A stretch of DNA of 64,000 nucleotides from positions 28,528 through 92,527 of IMG/VR virus record IMGVR_UViG_3300005534_000001. One strand, 5' to 3'. Position 1 is the first letter of the stretch, and each line of letters begins with the position of its first letter. Below the pieces are notes generated by a model, which had not been told where the DNA came from, did no database searches, and saw only the letters and a program-made list of their open reading frames with translations. This stretch comes from a virus. This document shows positions 17,716 to 25,576 of the stretch, in pieces. Made by a program: the position numbers and the translations under genes.

Positions 17716-18767
17716 GCGAACACGATGAACTTCAACAGATTTTAGGGGATTCCGCAGGCCGCATTGACTCAAGGAATGCCAGAGCAGACCAGTGCGAACC
17801 GTCCCAGCCTACTTCGCCAGCGGTAACCGAATCAGCAAAGGTCAATTATGCTCAATGGGAAATTGAGCCGAATGACATGTTTTTGGCGACTGGCGGAACT
17901 CGTGCCACATTACCACCGGGCGTCTATCGACTACTGGAAGATCAACGCGGAATTCACTTCGCTCGCGCCAATGTCCTCACAGACAAACTGATTGACCTGC
18001 ACGATTCGGCTGCCAATGAAATCCTTGATGGCATCCGCACGTTCTGGAAGTCCAAAGCCCATTTCGATGAACTCGGAATTCTGTACAAGCGCGGTTGTCT
18101 GCTCTGGGGGCCGCCTGGTAGCGGCAAGACGGCCACAGTTCAGCGACTCATGAAAGAACTCGTTGATGATGGCGGGTTTGTGATTCTCTGCGATAGCCCA
18201 CGATTAGCAGTTCATGCTCTGGCGCAAGTTCGACGCATTGAGCCAGACCGGCGTTTGATCGTTGTCGAGGAAGACATTGAGGAAATCATGAACCATCACG
18301 GTGAGCATCAATTGCTTGCTTTGCTGGACGGTGAAAACCAGATTGCAAATGTCGTCCACATCGCCACTACGAATTATCCCGACCAACTAGGGGCGCGAAT
18401 CATCAACCGTCCAAGCCGATTCGATGAAGTGAAGAAAATAGGGATGCCGAACGAATGGGCAAGAGCAGCATATTTCAAAGCCATTCTCGGCACAGAGAAA
18501 CTTGCGGATTACGGCGGCGAGGAACGGTGGGTCATGGACACTGAAGGCATGAGTATTGCCCACTTGCGCGAATTGGTTGTTGCTGTTTATTGCTTGGGGC
18601 GCGGTTACGAAGAAACTCTTGACCGTCTCAAGAAAATGGGAATTAAACCAAAGAGTCATGAAGACGGATTCAGCAATGGCAGAGACTTCGGTATCGGCGC
18701 AGCGGCGAATCAACTTAAATCAACGCCAATGAATGCCCCTGCAAAATCTAACGGCGGATGGCGGTGA
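17712..18767 (+). CDS. AAA+ ATPase
   Basis: Walker A GPPGSGKT, Walker B VVEEDIE, sensor ATTN, arginine finger RPSRFD. Confidence 0.9.
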   Translation: MSEHDELQQILGDSAGRIDSRNARADQCEPSQPTSPAVTESAKVNYAQWEIEPNDMFLATGGTRATLPPGVYRLLEDQRGIHFARANVLTDKLIDLHDSAANEILDGIRTFWKSKAHFDELGILYKRGCLLWGPPGSGKTATVQRLMKELVDDGGFVILCDSPRLAVHALAQVRRIEPDRRLIVVEEDIEEIMNHHGEHQLLALLDGENQIANVVHIATTNYPDQLGARIINRPSRFDEVKKIGMPNEWARAAYFKAILGTEKLADYGGEERWVMDTEGMSIAHLRELVVAVYCLGRGYEETLDRLKKMGIKPKSHEDGFSNGRDFGIGAAANQLKSTPMNAPAKSNGGWR

Positions 18768-18913
18768 GGAAATTCTGCCGTACTCCGGGCCGTGCCATAA
18801 CCCGCTATGAAGCATTCAGGCGGTTCGGAATAAAGAACTCAGTTGGTTTCACAATCGGCGGTTACGGCTGCGGACCTGAGTATTACTACCGATTCTTGGA
18901 CTGAAATTGGTCT

Positions 18914-19324
18914 ATGATGACAATCTTAATAATCATCATCGTGGCCATCCTGTTAACGGCAGGGCATTTCACTATGATGCATAGGTTTGACGCCGCTTTT
19001 AACCGAATACTTGATTCACTTAACGCCATCAAACAAGGGGAAATAAACATGGACGCAGACATTCAGAAACTCATTGACCAAGCAAAACTCAATACCAACG
19101 CGGAAGCTTCTGCCGTTGCAACAATCAATGGCCTAGCAGCCAAACTCTCCGCAGCACTCGCCAATGTTGGCGGCCTATCGCCAGCAGATCGCGCAACTCT
19201 TCAGGCCGAAGTTACCGACATGCAGACCGGGGCAGCATCCTTGGGGGCCGCGATCGTGGCCAACACGCCGGCAGCGGGGAATCCTCCGGTAACGACTCCT
19301 CCGGTTGTTCCGCCAGCAGTTTAA
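18914..19324 (+). CDS. TM-anchored coiled-coil protein with a probable internal start at 19049
   Basis: N-terminal hydrophobic helix; AGGGG RBS before in-frame ATG 19049. Confidence 0.6.
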   Translation: MMTILIIIIVAILLTAGHFTMMHRFDAAFNRILDSLNAIKQGEINMDADIQKLIDQAKLNTNAEASAVATINGLAAKLSAALANVGGLSPADRATLQAEVTDMQTGAASLGAAIVANTPAAGNPPVTTPPVVPPAV

Positions 19325-19398
19325 CCCAGAGACGGGCCAGTCCTACAGTTTCCATCGCAGGCTGGCCGTCTTCACTTTCGAATAGGAGAATTAATCCC

Positions 19399-19809
19399 AT
19401 GAGCACTAATCCCTCAAATCTTCAGAACGTAGAGAATCACCTCGCAACATTCGCACACATCGTCCGCGCAGACGTGGACAAGGCGCTGCCATTCGTCGCC
19501 CGCATCATTTCAGTTGCCGGCTCAATCTGGCCATTGGTCGGTTCCATCGGCTCTCCTCTGATTGCTGCCGTAATCAAGGCTGAAGCCTCTGTGAATGCCC
19601 CAGGTCAAGGCGCAAACAAACTGGCATCGGTTATTGCCGCAGTTGGCCCACAAGTGCAGCAGGCGCTCAATGCGTCAGGCCACGCGGCACAGGGTGCAAC
19701 AGTCGAATCCACCATCGAAAAGGTCGTTAAGGGATTACAGGAGCCTACGGCGGTAGATCAGGTTCCGGCAGTGGTATCTGCGCCAATTCCGGGCGTTCCG
19801 AAGGCGTAA
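19399..19809 (+). CDS. amphipathic helical protein (AEA....GQG..K motif; holin or lysis-associated candidate)
   Basis: AGGAG RBS; Ala/Val-rich amphipathic helices. Confidence 0.55.
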   Translation: MSTNPSNLQNVENHLATFAHIVRADVDKALPFVARIISVAGSIWPLVGSIGSPLIAAVIKAEASVNAPGQGANKLASVIAAVGPQVQQALNASGHAAQGATVESTIEKVVKGLQEPTAVDQVPAVVSAPIPGVPKA

Positions 19810-19812
19810 CCA

Positions 19813-20217
19813 ATGAGACTCGTTAGAGACGAAAACGGCGAGAGTGTGACTCGCCCATGTGGCCACGATGATTGGGATAAGCCATCAACATTTCTCGGAG
19901 AAACAGGCACCGAACAATTCTCTGTTGTAACCCGCGTGAACGAGGAAAAGATTGGCGAGCATAAGATCCATGATCCATTCGTGCGAACGGTGGTAATACT
20001 TAGAGGATTTAAGTGGGCATGGAAAGCGCTGTTCGGCGGCCTGACTATCCAAGTCTCGGTCAATTCCAGCGAAGGCGCATCGCGGGCAATAATGACGCTC
20101 AATCCTCATCAACTTCAGGCCGAAACCGAGAAGATGCTGGAAGAGCGCCGACTGAGCCAGGAGGCCCATGCGCGGGCTGAGGACTACGGGATTTGCCAGA
20201 TCGCGGGAGAAGCATGA
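19813..20217 (+). CDS. hypothetical protein
   Basis: ORF overlapping the TerS start. Confidence 0.5.
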   Translation: MRLVRDENGESVTRPCGHDDWDKPSTFLGETGTEQFSVVTRVNEEKIGEHKIHDPFVRTVVILRGFKWAWKALFGGLTIQVSVNSSEGASRAIMTLNPHQLQAETEKMLEERRLSQEAHARAEDYGICQIAGEA

Positions 20218-20819
20218 CAGACGATCAATCACCAGAAACTACAAACGAAGAGCAGCCAAAGCCTAAGCGCAGACACTTTATCCCCATCAAGGAGTCTCAG
20301 CTAGCTAAGAGCACAGCGGCCATTCTCATAGCCGAAGATCTGCTCACCGATGTCAAGATTGCTGAACGTGTCGGCATCAATCTAAAGACTCTTGGCAACT
20401 GGAAGCGCAATGAGCATTTCGCCGCTAAAGTTCTGGAGTACCAGAAAGCTTTTGCCGACCGCGCCCTAAAGCATGGATTGGCCAACAAGGAAATCAGACT
20501 CCATGAGCTCGACAAGATGTATGCCGACCTGAAGCAGGTTATCCGGGAGCGGGGATCTTCCGAGGAAATGAAGAAAGTGCCTGGAGGTACTACTGGGCTA
20601 ATCTGCAAGACCTACAAAGGCATCGGCATTAACCAGCAGGAGATTTTCGAGGTTGACAATCCTACCATCAAGCAACTGATTGCCATCCATGAGCAATATG
20701 CGCAAGAGCTTGGCCAGAAGATTGCCAAGATGGAAGTGGCATTTGGCAGTATTGCTGAGCGCATGGAAGCTGCTGAAGAGCGACTGAAGAACAGAATCCC
20801 GTCAACATGTGTGCAATAG
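20214..20819 (+). CDS. terS: terminase small subunit
   Basis: N-terminal HTH (IAERVGINLKTLGNWK) and position immediately before TerL. Confidence 0.75.
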   Translation: MTDDQSPETTNEEQPKPKRRHFIPIKESQLAKSTAAILIAEDLLTDVKIAERVGINLKTLGNWKRNEHFAAKVLEYQKAFADRALKHGLANKEIRLHELDKMYADLKQVIRERGSSEEMKKVPGGTTGLICKTYKGIGINQQEIFEVDNPTIKQLIAIHEQYAQELGQKIAKMEVAFGSIAERMEAAEERLKNRIPSTCVQ

Positions 20820-23302
20820 CAGCGCAAGAAGAAATCTATAACCGCCTTCATGATCGGCTGCTGGATTTCAAATGGGATCCTTATGGATTTGCGCTTTACG
20901 CCTATCCTTGGGGTGAGGGGGAGCTGGCGAATTCTGCTGGTCCTCGTACTTGGCAGCGCGAAATCATGGAGATTATTGGAGGACATCTCCAGAATCCCCA
21001 GACAAGATTTACGCCGTTACAAGTTGCTGTTTGTAGCGGCCACGGGATCGGCAAGCTACACTGTAAATCATTGGTAATAAATGATTTAAACGGCACAAAA
21101 AGATGGGGCGATATTCGGCCTGGGGATTTAGTTTTTGGTGGCGATGGAAGGCCAGTACGAGTCAAGTCCACTCATGAGCAAGGAGTAAAGCCAATATATC
21201 GGGTTACATTCGATGATGGCTCATACACGCTTGTTGGCCTGGAACATCTATGGAATGTTCGCGGTCGCCAAGAAAGACGCAAGAAGTTAGAAGGATGGCG
21301 AACACTCACAACCGAACAGATTTTAGAGCTTGGAGTTCTGCGATCAAACGGCGTAGCACAGGCAAAGCAATGGGAAATACCGATTCAAGGGGCAGCGCAA
21401 TTTGAGGAAAGAGAAATTGACCTTCATCCGTACTTTTTTGGGATATGGCTTGGCGATGGAACTAAAGGAATCCCGCAATATACTAAACCGTTCCCTGAAT
21501 TGGTTGAGCGGCTTAGAAGTTTGGGGATGCAAGTCAATGAGCGCCCAGACGGCAAACACAAGAGAGTTATTGGGATATCTCATCTTCTCACCGATGCAGT
21601 CTTCAGTTGTGGCTCCCACGAAAGATACATCCCAGATTCCTACAAATTCAATACCGTTGAAAATCGGCGTGAATTGCTTCGCGGCTTACTTGACACGGAT
21701 GGCGAAGCAAATAGTTCTGGGAGTATTGGATACTCATCTACAAGTAAACGCCTTTGTGAAGATGTAATTTGGCTTGTCCGCTCTTTGGGCGGCAAGGCGA
21801 TGATGCAGGATGCGGTAAAACATGGATGGTACCCAGATGGTGAAGGTGGAAGAGTTGAATGCCGGGATTGCTACAGGGCCACAATTAACCTCGACTGGAA
21901 TCCATTCACAATTGAGCATCGGCGAAAGGCGTGGAAACCATCTGAAGAGCGATATCTTAAACGCTGGATTGAGAGCATTGAGTATTCCCACGATGAGGAC
22001 GCAATGTGCATCTCTGTTGATGCTCCAGATGGTCTTTATCTTGCCAATGATTTCATCGTAACGCACAATACGAGCCTGATTGCAATGTTGACTGCATGGG
22101 CCAAGAGCACATGCAGGGATTGCCGAGTCAAGATTACAGCGAACACTGGGCCGCAGTTAGACACCATCACAGTACCAGAAGTATCAACTTGGTTCAGGCG
22201 GTTGATCAATGCGGATTGGTGGGACGTAAAAGCTACTTCGATCAAGGTAAGGGATACTAATTTTGAAAAGACATGGCGAACAGATTTTGTCACTTGGAGC
22301 GCTAAAAATCCTTCCGCTTTTGCAGGCTTGCACAATTACGGGAAGCGAATCCTCTATATTTTCGATGAGGCAAGCGGAATTGATGACATTATCTGGGAAA
22401 CAACGCAAGGTTCCATGTCGGATGAAAATACCGAGATCATCTGGCTTGCCTTCGGAAACCCGATTGAGCGAGATGGGAGATTTGCAGAGTGTTTCGGCAA
22501 ATTCGCCCATCGCTGGGTAAAGAAAAGAATTGATTCACGTACCGTCGAAGGAACCAACAAAGAGGCAATTCAGAAAGATGTTGACGATTGGGGCGAAGAC
22601 TCAGACTTCGTTCGCGCTCGATGGCGCGGAGAGTTTCCACGTGCAGGCTCAAGCCAGTTCATCCCAAGTGATTCTGTAGCCTTCTGCCGAAAGTACAAAG
22701 CAACGGGCTACAGCGGCCTGCCAAAGATCATGGCGGTTGACGTGGCGCGGTTTGGCGATGATCAAACGACCATCGGGTATCGGCAGGGAAGAAAGGCAGT
22801 CATTCTCGCAAAGTATCGCGGATTGGACACGGTTCAGGTAGCAGAACATGTTATTGAGTTTATGGAATCCGAAGATCCCGATGCAGTGGTCATCGACGGT
22901 GATGGTCTCGGTGCCGGAGTGGTCGATCACATTAAGCACCGTGGATTTGGGAAGAAAGTTTTCGAGTTTCATGGAGGGGCCACGCCGAACGATGTAGCGA
23001 AGTATTTCAATCGCCGTGCTGAGATTTGGGGATTAGGCCGTGACGCTCTTAAGGCAGGAATGGAAATTCCCGATGATCCTGAGCTCGACTCTGACTTGAC
23101 CGGAATAAAGTACGGATTTGGACCGAAGGGCCAGATTCAACTTGAGCGCAAAGAGGATATGAAGAAACGCGGATTGAAGAGCCCAGATCTTGGAGATATG
23201 CTTATGATGACATTCGCAGTTAGGATCATGGCGAAAAAGAAAGAGACTGCGACTCGGCCAGTTCTTTCGAGTTATGCTGGTAATTCTTGGATGGGAGCAT
23301 GA
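20807..23302 (+). CDS. terL: terminase large subunit interrupted by an intein
   Basis: Walker A SGHGIGK|T split by intein, Walker B YIFDEASG, FGNP coupling motif, RNase H nuclease AVDVARFGDD...SPDLGD. Confidence 0.95.
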   Translation: MCAIAAQEEIYNRLHDRLLDFKWDPYGFALYAYPWGEGELANSAGPRTWQREIMEIIGGHLQNPQTRFTPLQVAVCSGHGIGKLHCKSLVINDLNGTKRWGDIRPGDLVFGGDGRPVRVKSTHEQGVKPIYRVTFDDGSYTLVGLEHLWNVRGRQERRKKLEGWRTLTTEQILELGVLRSNGVAQAKQWEIPIQGAAQFEEREIDLHPYFFGIWLGDGTKGIPQYTKPFPELVERLRSLGMQVNERPDGKHKRVIGISHLLTDAVFSCGSHERYIPDSYKFNTVENRRELLRGLLDTDGEANSSGSIGYSSTSKRLCEDVIWLVRSLGGKAMMQDAVKHGWYPDGEGGRVECRDCYRATINLDWNPFTIEHRRKAWKPSEERYLKRWIESIEYSHDEDAMCISVDAPDGLYLANDFIVTHNTSLIAMLTAWAKSTCRDCRVKITANTGPQLDTITVPEVSTWFRRLINADWWDVKATSIKVRDTNFEKTWRTDFVTWSAKNPSAFAGLHNYGKRILYIFDEASGIDDIIWETTQGSMSDENTEIIWLAFGNPIERDGRFAECFGKFAHRWVKKRIDSRTVEGTNKEAIQKDVDDWGEDSDFVRARWRGEFPRAGSSQFIPSDSVAFCRKYKATGYSGLPKIMAVDVARFGDDQTTIGYRQGRKAVILAKYRGLDTVQVAEHVIEFMESEDPDAVVIDGDGLGAGVVDHIKHRGFGKKVFEFHGGATPNDVAKYFNRRAEIWGLGRDALKAGMEIPDDPELDSDLTGIKYGFGPKGQIQLERKEDMKKRGLKSPDLGDMLMMTFAVRIMAKKKETATRPVLSSYAGNSWMGA
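21056..22069 (+). mobile_element. class 3 intein (338 aa) with LAGLIDADG homing endonuclease
   Basis: Starts at Leu after Walker A Lys; block B EHLW, block F MCISV, block G VTHN, +1 Thr; LAGLIDADG helices PYFFGIWLGDG and LLRGLLDTDG. Confidence 0.9.
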
Positions 23303-23850
23303 CCGAAGTCCATACCAATCTCTTTGTCGGCTCTCAGGCAGACCTGACGCCGACAGTTCACGACTATGCAATCGTTCACGCAGCAAAAGACCCTTGGCAC
23401 CGGCAAGCGGTAGGCTACACCGAACGAGCAGCGCCTAAAGATCATCCTGAATATCTGTTTGCGCATCGCCGGAATCGGTTGAGCCTGAATCTGATTGATG
23501 CTGCCTATCCTCAATTCATTCCCGATGCGGTGATGGACGAAGGCTGCAAGTTTATCGGGAAGCATTTGGCCGCAGGCTCAAAAGTGCTGGTGCATTGCAA
23601 TCAGGGACAGAGCAGAGGGCCGGGATTGGCGTTCTACTATCTTTGGAAATCAGCGTTATTGCCTGAAGAGTTTGAGGTTGCACTGGCTGAGTTCAAGAAG
23701 GTATATCCTGCATTTAATCCCGCTTCCGGTATTCTCGGGTTTCTGAAAGTACGGTGCGTGAAGCGTGGCGAAGTGTTGCAGGCTGAAACGATTGAAGAGC
23801 AATCGGAAGGCCCAGTTAGCGATGAAGAGTTTTTAGCCCGATTCGGGTAA
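23299..23850 (+). CDS. dual-specificity protein phosphatase
   Basis: CX5R active site VLVHCNQGQSR; LIDA general-acid loop; ATGA overlap with terL. Confidence 0.88.
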   Translation: MTEVHTNLFVGSQADLTPTVHDYAIVHAAKDPWHRQAVGYTERAAPKDHPEYLFAHRRNRLSLNLIDAAYPQFIPDAVMDEGCKFIGKHLAAGSKVLVHCNQGQSRGPGLAFYYLWKSALLPEEFEVALAEFKKVYPAFNPASGILGFLKVRCVKRGEVLQAETIEEQSEGPVSDEEFLARFG

Positions 23851-23859
23851 AGGAGAGAA

Positions 23860-24183
23860 ATGGCACACAGAGAAATGGCATCGGCCACGGTACAGAAGCG
23901 CGAGATGGGCAAGAAGATGCTGGAGCACCTGAAGGTAATAAAGGGGAAAGGCGATAGCGGCCATGTGATTGAGCACCATTACGAAAATGGTGGTATGGGC
24001 ATGTGGCACAAACCTGATGTAGTCCCATTCGGCGCTGACCAAGGCAAGGAGGCGCTGGCTCATATTGCTTCAGCCGTTGGCATTAAAATGGACGCCGAAG
24101 AGAAAGGCGAGTCTCCCAAGGAAGAGAAGGCAGAAATGGCGAAGGGTGGGAAGGGAGAAAAGGAGGAGGAAGACGATGCCTAG
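23860..24183 (+). CDS. small charged hypothetical protein
   Basis: AAGGAG RBS; E/K-rich tail. Confidence 0.6.
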   Translation: MAHREMASATVQKREMGKKMLEHLKVIKGKGDSGHVIEHHYENGGMGMWHKPDVVPFGADQGKEALAHIASAVGIKMDAEEKGESPKEEKAEMAKGGKGEKEEEDDA

Positions 24184-24388
24184 GCCACAGACCCCGATGC
24201 CAGAACTCCTAACATCTCAAGAGGGTGTGGAGTTGTCCGCCTACAACATCAACACCGATAAAATGGATAGCATCCCCGGCTTAACTCCACAGCAGGCCAC
24301 TGATATCCAGCGGCTGTTATGCCGTTATTTTGAAATGGGAGTCAGCGCGGGAATAAACACGGCGCGAGAATCCTTAAAGAATCTGTAA
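24176..24388 (+). CDS. hypothetical protein
   Basis: GGAGGA RBS, ATG 24176. Confidence 0.5.
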   Translation: MPRPQTPMPELLTSQEGVELSAYNINTDKMDSIPGLTPQQATDIQRLLCRYFEMGVSAGINTARESLKNL

Positions 24389-24567
24389 TGCCAGCCTTTC
24401 TTGAGCAGAAACTCAAAGCGCGGTACGGACAGAACAGCAAGATACCGTACAAAATAATGAACTCTATCGGTGCAATGAGGGGTTCACGCGAGACGGCGAA
24501 AGGTGCTGCCATGCAGCGCAAGCACGACAAGAAAGTCTCTATTCTGGCTTTGATGAGGGCGAAATAA
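24388..24567 (+). CDS. small basic protein (59 aa, absent from ORF track)
   Basis: MPAFLEQKLKARYGQNSKIPYKIMNSIGAMRGSRETAKG...; TAATG couplings on both sides. Confidence 0.65.
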   Translation: MPAFLEQKLKARYGQNSKIPYKIMNSIGAMRGSRETAKGAAMQRKHDKKVSILALMRAK

Positions 24568-24740
24568 TGGCCATCCACATCAAACCCTCGCGCAAGGGGC
24601 TGCTCCACAAGAAACTTGGCATCCCAGAGGGCAAGCCAATCAGTATTGCTGCGTTGATGTAGGCCAAGAGTTCAAAGAGTCCAGCGCTTCGCAAAGAGGC
24701 AACATTTGCCGCTAGTGCTCGAAAGTGGAATCACAGTTAA
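24567..24740 (+). pseudogene. small basic phage protein (KGLLHKKLG.PEGK family) with an in-frame TAG at 24660-24662
   Basis: MAIHIKPSRKGLLHKKLGIPEGKPISIAALM*AKSSKSPALRKEATFAASARKWNHS; frame continues to TAA abutting the next ATG. Confidence 0.7.
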
Positions 24741-24938
24741 ATGCCAACTGGTACCCAAGACCCTAAATCGCTCTTCCCGTTCGGCACATCCGATCTGCGC
24801 CGACCAAGATTGAGCGGAGCGATGCGGAATTATGCGACCAAGCCAAAGGCACAGTTTAGGCCTCAGAAAATCGGGGCAATCAAGGCCAACAAATTGGTTT
24901 CCATTGCGGCTCTTTTGCCGAAGAAAGGTTACAGATGA
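24741..24938 (+). CDS. small basic protein
   Basis: ORF coupled to both neighbours. Confidence 0.55.
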   Translation: MPTGTQDPKSLFPFGTSDLRRPRLSGAMRNYATKPKAQFRPQKIGAIKANKLVSIAALLPKKGYR

Positions 24939-25216
24939 TCCAACCTCTCCATGACCGCGTACTCGTTCGCCGAATCCAACAAGAGCAAGGTTTGATTGTG
25001 CTCACCGATGCTGAAAAGTCGCGGCGCTGTGAAGTCTTGGCCGTTGGCCCTGGAAGATGGGATGCAGAACGAGAAGAATTTAAGCCAATCCAAGTTAAGG
25101 CTGGACAGACTGTGATTGTTTCCCCGTCAATCAACAATGAGGCATGGACCGACATCATCCAGCGCGGTGATGAAGTTCTGATTCAGGAAGCGGATATCTT
25201 GGTGGTGTGCGGGTGA
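24935..25216 (+). CDS. groES: co-chaperonin GroES
   Basis: IQPLHDRVLVRR..GLIVL..EVLAVGPG..VKAG..V..LIQEADIL. Confidence 0.88.
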   Translation: MIQPLHDRVLVRRIQQEQGLIVLTDAEKSRRCEVLAVGPGRWDAEREEFKPIQVKAGQTVIVSPSINNEAWTDIIQRGDEVLIQEADILVVCG

Positions 25217-25375
25217 GGGCCACTGCTCGGCTCTGGATAAGCACCATAATCTTTTATCTTGTAATGTCCCATTTTTCCTACGAATTACACCCTAAGTCAT
25301 GGGTAACAATGGGCGTCATTGTTTATCTTTTCACAATATTTTCGGTTGGCATCATTGACAAACGGGAAAACTAAA

Positions 25376-25576
25376 ATGAGTTACGATTCTCCCGAAGTCA
25401 AAGCCGAAAACGACCAAGAGAGCAGACTTCGCTCACTCGCCGAAGGAATCATTGACAACAAGCACTTGCGCGAAATACTCAAAGAGACTCATCCAGCCTT
25501 GCGCCGTGGAGTATACGACAAATTGAAGCCGATGGTGAGTTTTAAAGCACAACCATATTTCTTTCTGATTCGATAA
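25376..25576 (+). CDS. hypothetical protein
   Basis: ORF abutting the portal start. Confidence 0.55.
   Translation: MSYDSPEVKAENDQESRLRSLAEGIIDNKHLREILKETHPALRRGVYDKLKPMVSFKAQPYFFLIR

Noticed and set aside
24660-24662. Genome-wide TAG reassignment (alternative genetic code)
   Set aside because: Many long genes end cleanly at TAG (30442, 34908, 39395, 46913) and coding density is high under the standard code; only one internal TAG was seen.
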